A stretch of 61,942 nucleotides of DNA, counting the filler. It is 6 parts of 6 records of this genome, joined end to end, with 100 filler letters (N's around TTAATTAATTAA, not from the genome) between each part and the next. Parts side by side here need not be neighbours in the genome. Positions count along the whole stretch, not along the records: positions 37,870 to 53,359 come from SRR31156797_15056; positions 53,460 to 61,942 come from SRR31156797_15057; 4 more parts are not named here. One strand, given 5' to 3'. The notes beneath the pieces were generated by a model. It was not told the DNA's origin, searched no databases, and saw only the letters and a program-made list of their open reading frames with translations. Made by a program: the position numbers and the translations under genes. This document shows, piece after piece, positions 50,487 through 59,139 of this stretch. Position 1 is the first letter of the stretch; every line of letters begins with the position of its first letter.

Positions 50487-51686
50487 ATGAACAGGAACAA
50501 GAAACACAGCAACCTCCTCAGAGCCCTCGACCTTATCATCAGAACAGGGAGCATCTCCCGGATAGACCTTGCCGAGAAACTCGGCCTGACCAGAGCGGCC
50601 ATCGGGCAGCTGTGCGATGAACTTCTCGGAAGAGAACTGATCAAAGAGGCGGGAACAGGCGAAACCAGGGGAGGCCGCCCCCCCACCCTTCTCAGCCCGG
50701 TTCCGGAGGGCTGCTATTTCATCGGTGCGGCCGTATTCGATTTCTCGTGGTCCCTCATTCTGATGGATCTCAGCGGCAACATAATCGATCAGAAGATACA
50801 CCCCATAGAGGAGATGAGTCCGGAATGCGCCATCGCCACTCTGAGCGCGGGGGTGCTCCAGCTCAGGGAACTCCACAGCTCAAAGAATATACTGAACCGC
50901 ATCGGAATAGGCTCTCCCGGCCTGGTGGACAGCCGGGAAGGAATGATTGTAAGCGCCGTGGACGTGGGATGGAACAACGTGAGGCTGGGCGAGGTATTCA
51001 CGGAGCAGACGAGTCTGCCCTGCCTTGTTGTCAACAGAAGCAAGGTCAGCGCCCTGACCGCCTACTATCTGGATAATCCGGGAAACATAGGCAACATCAT
51101 TTCCATCGTTATCGGAACAGGCGTCGCCTCAGGAATCATCCTGGAGCATAAGCTGTTCAACGGCAGCTCCTTCGGAGCCGGAGAGCTGGGACATACGACG
51201 GTGATCCCGAACGGCCCCCTCTGCCGCTGCGGAAACCGGGGCTGCCTCCAGGCACTCATCGGGGAGGAGGCCATACTGGAACGGGGTCGAAACCTGGCGA
51301 GGGTACAGGGGATAGCCTCTCCCCTATCCATAAATGAGATACTCTGCGACTCCTCCGGAAACGGACACTATCGCCATGTCATCGAAGAGACCGCGGAATA
51401 CCTCTCTATCGCCCTGGGCAATATCATCAACCTTCTCAATCCCGACATGGTCGTCCTGAGCGGACCGGTCATCGGGGGATGCCCGGCCCTGGTGGATATG
51501 GTAAAGAGCAGGAACGAGTACAGGGCGATGAAACACAATCTGGATGCCGTCAGGATCGTCAGCAGCGAATGGGGGAACAGAACCGCCGCCATCGGCAGCG
51601 CTCTCCTGGTGAGAGAATCAACCGAAGACATCCTGAAGAGCAATCTTGCAAACGCTGCAACACCCAGCGGGGACAGCCATCCATGA
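50487..51686 (+). CDS. ROK family transcriptional regulator
   Basis: N-terminal wHTH ISRIDLAEKLGLTRAAI, GGRPP, GIGSPG, GELGH, CRCGNRGCL. Confidence 0.92.
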   Translation: MNRNKKHSNLLRALDLIIRTGSISRIDLAEKLGLTRAAIGQLCDELLGRELIKEAGTGETRGGRPPTLLSPVPEGCYFIGAAVFDFSWSLILMDLSGNIIDQKIHPIEEMSPECAIATLSAGVLQLRELHSSKNILNRIGIGSPGLVDSREGMIVSAVDVGWNNVRLGEVFTEQTSLPCLVVNRSKVSALTAYYLDNPGNIGNIISIVIGTGVASGIILEHKLFNGSSFGAGELGHTTVIPNGPLCRCGNRGCLQALIGEEAILERGRNLARVQGIASPLSINEILCDSSGNGHYRHVIEETAEYLSIALGNIINLLNPDMVVLSGPVIGGCPALVDMVKSRNEYRAMKHNLDAVRIVSSEWGNRTAAIGSALLVRESTEDILKSNLANAATPSGDSHP

Positions 51687-52114
51687 CAATACGAAACGTA
51701 ACCATCGACGACTACGACCGTCTCTTCCGCCTCTGGACCGAAACCAAAGGGATGGGACTCCGGAACCTGGACGACTCCCGGGAGGGCATAGAGCGCTTTA
51801 TCCGGAGGAATCCCGGAACCAGCTTCCTTTGCATGGAGGAAGACAGGATAGCGGCCGCCCTCCTCTGCGGCCATGACGGCAGGAGGGGATACATCTACCA
51901 CGCCACGGTAGACAGGGATTTCAGGGGACGGGGAATAGGCAGGACACTTGTGGAACGGGCGCTGGAGGCCCTCAGGGCAGAGGGTATCCACAAATCGGCT
52001 CTCGTCGTCTATGGGAACAATTCTCTGGGAAACGGCTTCTGGGAGGCCCTGGGATTCGGCGAGCGGCCGGATCTGGTTTACAGAGATCTGAGCCTCAATC
52101 CGGACAACGGCTGA
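51683..52114 (+). CDS. GNAT N-acetyltransferase (YpeA-like)
   Basis: GHDGRRGYIYH, FRGRGIG, FWEALGF; ATGA overlap with the ROK stop. Confidence 0.88.
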   Translation: MTIRNVTIDDYDRLFRLWTETKGMGLRNLDDSREGIERFIRRNPGTSFLCMEEDRIAAALLCGHDGRRGYIYHATVDRDFRGRGIGRTLVERALEALRAEGIHKSALVVYGNNSLGNGFWEALGFGERPDLVYRDLSLNPDNG

Positions 52115-52123
52115 AAGCTGTTT

Positions 52124-52741
52124 TCAGCAGCCCGGCTCCTCAAGGCCGGGATGGCCCCTGACGATTTCCTTATAATGCTTTTTCAGGCAGTCGGGGCAGA
52201 TGCTGTGGCTGAAGTCCAGATCGCTGTGCTGAGAGAAATACTCCTCTAACTGACTCCAGTACCCGTTATCATCCCGAATCTTTTTACAGAAGGAACAGAT
52301 GGGAAGAAGACCGTGAAGGGTTTTGATCTCCCCCAGGGCCCTCTCAAGAGCCTTCCTCTGCCTGTACAGATCGAGAAAGACCGAGACCTTGCCGCGGAGG
52401 ATCTTCACATTCAGGGGTTTCACCATGAAATCCACCGCGCCCGACTCAATTCCTTTCACCTGATAGATTTCATCTGAATAGATAGCGGACAGGAAGATCA
52501 CCGGCAGATGCCTTGTCCGCGAGTTCCCGCGCAGCAGCGTAACCATCTCAAAGCCGTCCATCTCAGGCATCTGAACGTCCACGAGGGCCAGGGCGAACTC
52601 GTTTTCCAGGGTCAAGGCCAGGCCATCGTTCCCCGAATAGGCCCTGCAAGCCTGAATGCCCAAGCCCTCCAGAGAATGCTCCAGGGCGATCAGGTTCTCC
52701 TCCCTGTCGTCCACCATCAGTATCTTCACCTGCTCCGCCAC
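52124..52741 (-). CDS. Response regulator with C-terminal Zn-finger-like (CxxC...HxxCxxC) domain
   Basis: VDDREEN, DVQMPEMDG, KP; LPICSFCKKIRDD...FSHSICPDC. Confidence 0.9.
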   Translation of the reverse strand: MAEQVKILMVDDREENLIALEHSLEGLGIQACRAYSGNDGLALTLENEFALALVDVQMPEMDGFEMVTLLRGNSRTRHLPVIFLSAIYSDEIYQVKGIESGAVDFMVKPLNVKILRGKVSVFLDLYRQRKALERALGEIKTLHGLLPICSFCKKIRDDNGYWSQLEEYFSQHSDLDFSHSICPDCLKKHYKEIVRGHPGLEEPGC

Positions 52742-52750
52742 ATTATCCCC

Positions 52751-53359
52751 TTACTTGTAAAGCCAAAGCCTCATCAATGATAACAGCCTGTCCACATTGA
52801 CGGGCTTAGCAATATAGTCGTTGGCGCCGGCCTCGAAGCATTTTTCCTGGTCCTCCTTCATCGCCTTGGCCGTTACGGCGATGATGGGAAGCTTCCTGAA
52901 GCGCTGATCTTCCCGGATCCTCCGCGTCGCTTCCAGCCCGTCCATAACCGGCATCATCAGATCCATAAGGACGAGATCCGCATCGGGATGGGCCTCAAGG
53001 GTTTCAAGGGCCTTCCGCCCGTTGGCCGCTTTGACAACCGACATCTTATTGTCCTCCAGGATCTTCGTCAGGGCGAATACGTTCCGCATATCGTCATCTA
53101 CCAGAAGGATCTTCTTCCCGTCGAACTGGGTATCCCTATTGTACAGCTTCCTGATGATATCCCTCTTCTGCTCGGGCATATCGGCCACGACCTTGTGAAG
53201 GAACAGAGCCGTCTCGTCCAGCAGCCTCTCCCGGGACTTCACGCCCTTGATGATGATGGAACTGGCGTAGCGCTCCAGCTCTTCCTCCTGCTCCCGGGTC
53301 AACTCGGATCCGGTATAGACGATCACCGGAGGGATTTCCATGATATTCCGGCTCTCTTC
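52751..53359 (-). CDS. 3' part of a multi-receiver hybrid histidine kinase
   Basis: PVIVYTG...RLLDETALFLH followed by a receiver (VDDDMRN, MDLMMPVMDG, TAKAM); truncated by contig end. Confidence 0.85.
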   Translation of the reverse strand, partial: EESRNIMEIPPVIVYTGSELTREQEEELERYASSIIIKGVKSRERLLDETALFLHKVVADMPEQKRDIIRKLYNRDTQFDGKKILLVDDDMRNVFALTKILEDNKMSVVKAANGRKALETLEAHPDADLVLMDLMMPVMDGLEATRRIREDQRFRKLPIIAVTAKAMKEDQEKCFEAGANDYIAKPVNVDRLLSLMRLWLYK

Positions 53360-53459
53360 NNNNNNNNNNNNNNNNNNNNNNNNNNNNNNNNNNNNNNNNN
53401 NNNTTAATTAATTAANNNNNNNNNNNNNNNNNNNNNNNNNNNNNNNNNNNNNNNNNNNN
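53360..53459. other. Artificial contig spacer
   Basis: N44-TTAATTAATTAA-N44. Confidence 0.99.
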
Positions 53460-53536
53460 CATCCATAATCACAGCGCCTATGCATATATCGAAAACGGCG
53501 AGGCCCAAAAGGCGTATGGGCAGTGAGGAGGAAGCA

Positions 53537-54832
53537 ATGGCTGACGATCTGAAAAAAATGTACAAAACCGTCATGGATGACCATTTTCCCATGGAAATCA
53601 CCATGTCATTTGGGGACCAGGTTTTAAGGTACCGAAAAAAATCCTGGAAAATTCCGGATGCCAACAGCGGCGAAATAATTGAAAAAGGGCTCAGGTACGG
53701 TGAAAATCCGGGGCAGGAGGCGGCCCTTTACGAGCTGGTTCAGGGGAACCTCGTATTAGGGGATTGTCAATTCATTGAGGCCGGAAGCGGCCTGGTTTCC
53801 GCCATATCGGAAGAAGACATGCTTCAGAGCGGAAAGCATCCCGGTAAAATCAACCTGACCGATGTGGACAATGCCCTGAATATCATAAAGTATCTGGATG
53901 CGGGGCCGGCATCCGTCATTGTCAAGCACAATAACCCCTGCGGCGTGGCCTATGGAACCACCCTTGTGGAAGCTTATGAAAAGGCGGATATGGCCGACCG
54001 GATTGCAGCATTCGGCGGGTGCGCCCTCTTTAATGAGCCGGTGGACAAAGAAACGGCGGAACGGATTTCCGAGAATTATCTGGAAGTGGTGGCGGCGCCC
54101 GATTATGAAGCCGGCAGCGTGGAAATCCTGGCAAAACGGGCCAACCTTCGCATTATTCGCGTCCCCGGCATGGACCGGATTGCTCAGTTTGCCGGAAAAA
54201 GATTTGTGGATTTCAAAAGCCTCATGGATGGGGGCCTGATTGTACAACAGTCCCCCCTCAACCGAATAAAATCCATGGAAGATTTCCAGCTTGCGGTTGC
54301 TGAATACCAGGGGAAAACCTATGCCATTGAACGAAAACCCACGGCGCAGGAATATCGAGACCTCATGTTCGGGTGGCAGGTTGAGCAGGGGGTCACTTCC
54401 AATTCGGTCATTTATGTGAAAGACGGGGTCACCGTGGGTATCGGAACCGGCGAACAGGACCGGGTCGGTGTGGCTGAGATCGGTATTTTTAAAGCCTATA
54501 CCAAATACGCGGATGCCCTTTGCTTCAAGCGGTATGGGCTTCCCTATAAGGATCTGGCCCTTCAGGTTGAAATGGGAGACGCCCATGGCGACCGCTTAAA
54601 TGAGATCGACGCGGAAACAAAGGCGGCCAAAGGCGGTCTTATTGGGGCTTCAATGGTATCCGACGCTTTTTTCCCTTTCAGGGACGGCGTGGACGTGGCC
54701 ATCAAGGAAGGGATCAGCGCCATCGTACAGGCGGGCGGTTCCATGAGGGACTTTGAAGTAATTCAAGCCTGTAATGAGGCGAACCCGAAGGTTTCCATGG
54801 TTTTTACCGGCCAAAGGGCATTTAAGCATTGA
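53537..54832 (+). CDS. purH: PurH-like protein with only the AICAR transformylase domain
   Basis: LRYGENP, VKHNNPCG, AFGG, SNS, GIGTGEQDRV, SDAFFPFRD, RAFKH; no N-terminal MGS-like IMP cyclohydrolase domain; start at ATG 53537 after GAGGAGG. Confidence 0.85.
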   Translation: MADDLKKMYKTVMDDHFPMEITMSFGDQVLRYRKKSWKIPDANSGEIIEKGLRYGENPGQEAALYELVQGNLVLGDCQFIEAGSGLVSAISEEDMLQSGKHPGKINLTDVDNALNIIKYLDAGPASVIVKHNNPCGVAYGTTLVEAYEKADMADRIAAFGGCALFNEPVDKETAERISENYLEVVAAPDYEAGSVEILAKRANLRIIRVPGMDRIAQFAGKRFVDFKSLMDGGLIVQQSPLNRIKSMEDFQLAVAEYQGKTYAIERKPTAQEYRDLMFGWQVEQGVTSNSVIYVKDGVTVGIGTGEQDRVGVAEIGIFKAYTKYADALCFKRYGLPYKDLALQVEMGDAHGDRLNEIDAETKAAKGGLIGASMVSDAFFPFRDGVDVAIKEGISAIVQAGGSMRDFEVIQACNEANPKVSMVFTGQRAFKH

Positions 54833-54884
54833 GAAATTGATAGGGTCTACCCGGCCCACACAACAAAAATGGGAGAGCAAGACC

Positions 54885-55448
54885 ATGTATAACGCAAGCG
54901 ACCTGAGAAAGGGGTTGAAAATTGAAATTGACGGTGAGCCCTATGTGGTGACTGTCTTTGAATTTTCCAAACCGGGAAAAGGCCAATCCCTTTACCGCTG
55001 CAAACTGAAAAATATGATCACGGGGGTCATCATTGATCCCACCTACCGGTCAGGGGATACCTTCAAGCCCGCGGATCTTTCGGAGAGAAAGATGCAATAC
55101 CTGTACAACCAGGATGATGAATTCTGGTTTATGGATGTGGAAAATTATGAGCAGTTCCCACTTAAGGAAGATCAGGTGGGTGAGGCCAAAAATTATCTTA
55201 TTGATAACCTGGAGGTGGACATTCTTTTCTTCGGAGATCGGCCCATCGGCATTACCCTCCCCAATTTTGTGGATCTAGCGGTGACCAAAGCCGATCCATG
55301 GGCCAAAGGAGACTCGGTCACCGGCGATACCAAACCCATAACCCTGGAAACCGGCTATGAACTGCGGGTCCCCCCGTTTATTGAAGAAGGCGGAAAAATC
55401 ACCGTTGACACGAGAACCGGCGAGTATGTCACACGGGTCAAGGAATAG
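54885..55448 (+). CDS. efp: Elongation factor P
   Basis: DLRKGLKI, KPGKG loop, MQYLY, KGD, LETG, VPPFI, VDTRTGEYVTR. Confidence 0.97.
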   Translation: MYNASDLRKGLKIEIDGEPYVVTVFEFSKPGKGQSLYRCKLKNMITGVIIDPTYRSGDTFKPADLSERKMQYLYNQDDEFWFMDVENYEQFPLKEDQVGEAKNYLIDNLEVDILFFGDRPIGITLPNFVDLAVTKADPWAKGDSVTGDTKPITLETGYELRVPPFIEEGGKITVDTRTGEYVTRVKE

Positions 55449-56373
55449 ATCTGACGAACCGGCGGCATTTGAAAAACGCAAACCCCACCTGTTGTTACGG
55501 GCACGGATTTTTCAGAGCGTTCGGGAATTTTTCATTACCCGCGGATACCTGGAAATAGAAACGCCCCAGCTTATTTCCGCACCCGCCCCGGAAACCCACA
55601 TCGAATCCATCGCCATCCGGGACCGCTATCTGCAAACATCGCCGGAACTGTGCATGAAACGGTTGCTGGCCCTGGGTTTTCCGAAAATTTTTCAAATTGC
55701 CAGGTGTTTCAGGGATGGGGAAAGGGGTGAGTTGCACCTCCCCGAATTTTCCCTTCTGGAATGGTACCGGACAGGGATTGACTATGGTTCCCTCATGGAA
55801 GAGTGCGAAGCCCTGTTCCTCTTTTTATCCCAACGGCTTGATATGGGGACCCGAACCCGCTGCCGGGGTGTACATATTGATCTTTGTGCACCCTGGGAAA
55901 AGCTTTCGGTCCAAACCGCATTTGAGCGATATGCCTCCGTTTCCCTGGATCAGGCCCTTGATAACAATCATTTCGACCAGACAATGGTTGAGGAAATCGA
56001 ACCGCACCTGGGGGTGAAAGCCCCCACATTTCTATATGACTACCCGGCCTCACTGGCGGCACTGGCGCGATTGAAACCTGGAAATCCCTCCATTGCGGAA
56101 CGATTCGAAATATATGTGGGGGGGATTGAACTGGCCAACGGGTTTTCAGAATTAAACGATGCCCATGAACAACGAAAACGATTCGAAAAAGAGCTCAAGG
56201 AAAGGGGTCTGCTGGGAAAGCGTGTTTCTCCCATGCCGGAACGATTTCTAAAGGCCCTTGAGAAAATGCCCGAGGCCGCCGGCATTGCATTGGGACTGGA
56301 TCGTCTGGTCATGATTTTTGGAGACGCCCGCACCATTGATGAGGTGGTTGCCTTCACACCGGAAGAGGTATAA
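55426..56373 (+). CDS. epmA: EF-P lysine aminoacylase EpmA (GenX/PoxA)
   Basis: YLQTSPELCMKRLL, CFRDGE, HLPEF, YDYPA, AERFE, ELANGFSEL, GIALGLDRL; adjacent to efp. Confidence 0.95.
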   Translation: MSHGSRNRSDEPAAFEKRKPHLLLRARIFQSVREFFITRGYLEIETPQLISAPAPETHIESIAIRDRYLQTSPELCMKRLLALGFPKIFQIARCFRDGERGELHLPEFSLLEWYRTGIDYGSLMEECEALFLFLSQRLDMGTRTRCRGVHIDLCAPWEKLSVQTAFERYASVSLDQALDNNHFDQTMVEEIEPHLGVKAPTFLYDYPASLAALARLKPGNPSIAERFEIYVGGIELANGFSELNDAHEQRKRFEKELKERGLLGKRVSPMPERFLKALEKMPEAAGIALGLDRLVMIFGDARTIDEVVAFTPEEV

Positions 56374-56384
56374 GGGGCGGTATC

Positions 56385-56431
56385 AAAAAATTGCAAGCCG
56401 ACCCCCGACTCAATCTCAGGGATCAGCTTGC
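56385..56431 (-). terminator. Intrinsic terminator, minus strand
   Basis: 16-bp stem GCAAGCUGAUCCCUGA/UCGGGGGUCGGCUUGC, fully paired on minus (3 G-U; these are 3 C-A mismatches on plus), followed by AAUUUUUU. Confidence 0.75.
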
Positions 56432-56493
56432 GGATTTGGAAGGGGGCAAACGATATTTTAAGGAGGCCATGCCAAGTCTCGTGCCCGTATGTC
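56385..56493 (-). ncRNA. Candidate sigma54-dependent small RNA (~110 nt)
   Basis: Bounded by a minus-strand -24/-12 promoter (56519-56504) and a minus-strand-specific terminator; contains CCUCCUU and CCCCCUUCC tracts; no complete ORF within it. Confidence 0.6.
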
Positions 56494-56503
56494 AAAATGT
56501 ACC

Positions 56504-56519
56504 AGCAAAATTCATGCCG
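56504..56519 (-). promoter_or_regulatory. sigma54 -24/-12 promoter (leftward)
   Basis: CGGCAT-GAATT-TTGCT on the minus strand. Confidence 0.65.
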
Positions 56520-56652
56520 AAAATAAGTTATTATGTTCCGTTTTCCTGCATCTTTAATCCGGAACTATTTTTACACCCATATTGAACAGGTTACCGCGCA
56601 ATTTCCGCACCTGAAATAATATCCATAATGGTTCAATCAATCCGGCAACCGC

Positions 56653-56666
56653 TTAACATGTGTTAA
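56653..56666. promoter_or_regulatory. Putative enhancer (bEBP UAS) TTAACA-TG-TGTTAA
   Basis: Palindrome about 110 nt from the rightward and about 135 nt from the leftward sigma54 promoter; recurs at 59140. Confidence 0.7.
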
Positions 56667-56776
56667 GGATTTAACATAACGATTGAACGCTTTTGATCAT
56701 CCTATAACGGCGTAGGCCTGCCAAAAAGGTCTTTTGCAAAGGCGAAAATGCGCAAGACTTACGGGCCGTTCTTTTA

Positions 56777-56792
56777 CGGCATTATTTTTGCA
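56777..56792 (+). promoter_or_regulatory. sigma54 -24/-12 promoter of the DsrEFH-like operon
   Basis: CGGCAT-TATTT-TTGCA, about 90 nt upstream of ATG 56882. Confidence 0.7.
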
Positions 56793-56881
56793 TTTCCAAA
56801 TACTGTCCAATAAAATCCGTCGGGGCTATCTCATTGAAGCACCGGTTTAGAAAAAACAGAAGACTTTACAGGAGAGAAAAA

Positions 56882-57190
56882 ATGACAAAAAAATTGGGAG
56901 TTTTTGTGAGTTCCGATCAACATTTGGACAAACTCATCAAATTATGTAAGGCCGCACAAGAGAAGGGCGACGTTGATGTGACCCTCTTTTTCAGCCATCT
57001 GGGCACCAAGTTGACCCAGGACCCCAGGTTTGGGGAACTTGAGGGGATGGCCACCATGAGCCTGTGCAATGTGGGCTTTGAAAGCCACGGCCTGAAACCG
57101 CCGGTCCAGGGCATCGCGAAAGAGGATTTTGCCACCCAGGCCAGGAATGGGGAATTGATCGAAGAGGGCGACCGTTATCTTGTTTTCTAG
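56882..57190 (+). CDS. DsrE-like sulfur relay protein
   Basis: KLGVFVSS...VTLFFSHLG...SLCNVG...DRYLVF DsrE-fold pattern with conserved Cys; AGGAG SD. Confidence 0.75.
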   Translation: MTKKLGVFVSSDQHLDKLIKLCKAAQEKGDVDVTLFFSHLGTKLTQDPRFGELEGMATMSLCNVGFESHGLKPPVQGIAKEDFATQARNGELIEEGDRYLVF

Positions 57191-57208
57191 GAAAAAGGGG
57201 TTATAAAA

Positions 57209-57502
57209 ATGGAAAATGTTCAGCATGTGGCGTTTTTGGTGCGCCGAAAAGAAGACCTCTGGGAAGGATCACGATCCACTCTGGGGCTGGCCGTTGAAAA
57301 TATTTATTCCTATATGTTCGTTTTGGACATCGAAGTGGATATGTCCGAAAAGTACAAAGAGAATCTGGAGTGGCTGGAAGATATGGAATGTGAATACTAT
57401 TCCAACAATAAAGTCAATGCGGATAAACACGGCTTTCAGTATCTGAGCCTGGAAGAGATTGGCCAAAAACTTAAAACAATGGACCTGATCGTCCCCTTTT
57501 AG
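57209..57502 (+). CDS. DsrF-like conserved hypothetical protein
   Basis: HVAFLVR...EGSRSTLGL...MDLIVPF, a DsrE/F-fold pattern; co-oriented and tightly spaced. Confidence 0.65.
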   Translation: MENVQHVAFLVRRKEDLWEGSRSTLGLAVENIYSYMFVLDIEVDMSEKYKENLEWLEDMECEYYSNNKVNADKHGFQYLSLEEIGQKLKTMDLIVPF

Positions 57503-57513
57503 GAGCATCTACC

Positions 57514-57693
57514 ATGAAAATTCTGCACATATATAAAACAGAACCCGACGAAACCACCAGAACCCTGGCGAAAATCGTTTCCGAAGGGAAGGAAATATCC
57601 GAATTTTCCCTGTACCAGGGAGAACCGGACTACGGAAAGCTGATCGATTTGATCTTTGAACATGATCACGACAAAGTGATCAGTTGGTGGTAA
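57514..57693 (+). CDS. DsrH/TusB-like small protein (59 aa; absent from ORF track)
   Basis: AGGAG SD; MKILHIYKTEPDETTRTLAKIVSEGKEISEFSLYQGEPDYGKLIDLIFEHDHDKVISWW*. The MKILH start and DYxxLIDLI...VISW end resemble DsrH/TusB. Confidence 0.75.
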   Translation: MKILHIYKTEPDETTRTLAKIVSEGKEISEFSLYQGEPDYGKLIDLIFEHDHDKVISWW

Positions 57694-57705
57694 TACGGAT
57701 TGGAA

Positions 57706-59091
57706 CTATCCGCGAATGGTCCGGTTCACCTGAATATCGTAATCCTTGAGGCGCTTCCAAAGGGTTACCCGGCTGATTCCTAAAACCTTGGCAGCTTCGG
57801 TTTTATTTCCACCGGTTTTTTTCAGGGCCGCCAGAATGGTTTCTTTTGCTTCCGAACTTTCCAGGCCACCTTTTTTCGGGCGTTTAGGCGAGGGATATGT
57901 GCCTTTTCCGGTAATGCCGGGGGGAAGATGTTTCTGCTGAATCTCGTCACCCGGACAAATCACAAAGGCATATTCAATGGCATTGATCAGTTCACGGATG
58001 TTGCCGGGCCAGCTGTAATTCACCAGGGCTTCCAGGGCCGCTTCATCCATCCCGGTAATATTTTTTCGGCTTTTAAGCCGGATTCGGCTGATAAAGGTCT
58101 CAATGAGCAGCGGGATGTCTTCGGGTCGTTCCCTGAGGGGCGGCAAATAGATGGGGATGACGCCCACGCGATAGTATAGGTCCTCGCGAAAACGCCCTTC
58201 TTTCATGAGAATCTTAAGATCTTGGTTGGTGGCCGTAATAAACCGGACATCAATGGAAAGGGGCTTGTGGTCCCCCACCTTTTCGATCTCCTTTTCCTGC
58301 AGCACCCGCAGCAGTTTCACCTGGGTGGAGAGGGGAATATCCCCGATTTCATCCAGAAAGATGTCGCCCCCGCCGGCCGCCTCGAAACGCCCTTTGCGAT
58401 TGCGGTCCGCACCGGTAAAGGCCCCTTTCACATGACCGAACAGTTCGCTTTCCAGAAGGGATTCGTTTAACGCCGCGCAATTCACCTTCACAAAAGGGCC
58501 TTCGGAACGGCTGCCCAGCCGATGTATGGCCGTTGCCGCCAGTTCCTTGCCGGTGCCGCTTTCGCCGTAAATGGCAACGGGGGCATCTGAATCGGCCGCA
58601 CTTCCAATGAGGTCAAACACCTGTTGCATGGCGGCGGACTTACCGATAATCCCCTCAAAACTCTCCTCAATGCTGAGTTCATGACGGAGTGTGGTGATAA
58701 CCCGGTCCCGATCCACCAATTCCGTGCAATCGGCCAGATTTTCCACGCCGCCCACCACCACGCCGTCCTTGTCTTTTAAAACTGCGGCATTCTTGAGCAC
58801 ATGGACCGGGGACCCGTCTTTTCGTTTAAAAATACACCGCTTGTGGCGTACCTGTTCTTTATTGAACAGTTCGCAGTGTTTGACACCGCCACGGGCCCTG
58901 GAACGAAAACAGGTGTTGCACTCCAGTATTTCGCAGGACCGGCCGATCAGTTCCTTTTCCGTATAGCCCGTAAGTGTTTCAAACGCGTTATTCACCGAAA
59001 TGATAATGCCGTCGGGATCCACCACCATGAGCCCGTCCAGCATGGTTTGCACCACGGTCTTCCAGTACTGACTGTATTCATTTTCAAACAC
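57706..59091 (-). CDS. sigma54-dependent enhancer-binding protein (PAS-AAA+-Fis HTH)
   Basis: Cys-rich PAS, GESGTGKE, ESELFGHVKGAFTGA, FLDEIGD, WPGNIREL, NKTEAAKVLGISRVTLWKRL. Confidence 0.96.
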   Translation of the reverse strand: MFENEYSQYWKTVVQTMLDGLMVVDPDGIIISVNNAFETLTGYTEKELIGRSCEILECNTCFRSRARGGVKHCELFNKEQVRHKRCIFKRKDGSPVHVLKNAAVLKDKDGVVVGGVENLADCTELVDRDRVITTLRHELSIEESFEGIIGKSAAMQQVFDLIGSAADSDAPVAIYGESGTGKELAATAIHRLGSRSEGPFVKVNCAALNESLLESELFGHVKGAFTGADRNRKGRFEAAGGGDIFLDEIGDIPLSTQVKLLRVLQEKEIEKVGDHKPLSIDVRFITATNQDLKILMKEGRFREDLYYRVGVIPIYLPPLRERPEDIPLLIETFISRIRLKSRKNITGMDEAALEALVNYSWPGNIRELINAIEYAFVICPGDEIQQKHLPPGITGKGTYPSPKRPKKGGLESSEAKETILAALKKTGGNKTEAAKVLGISRVTLWKRLKDYDIQVNRTIRG

Positions 59092-59139
59092 TTTACCCTC
59101 ACCGGCAAGAAGCCCTTTGCGTTAAAACGTTAACTGAAA

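Noticed and set aside
56040-56495. 151-aa minus-strand ORF behind the leftward sigma54 promoter
   Set aside because: Starts at or before the predicted TSS without an SD, runs through a strong minus-strand terminator and then antisense to epmA; the sRNA interpretation fits better.
56391-56585. 64-aa + strand ORF / AGGAGG-CC-ATG peptide in the epmA-dsrE gap
   Set aside because: SD-ATG spacing is only 2 nt and the peptide has no recognisable features; the AGGAGG is better explained as the complement of the sRNA seed.
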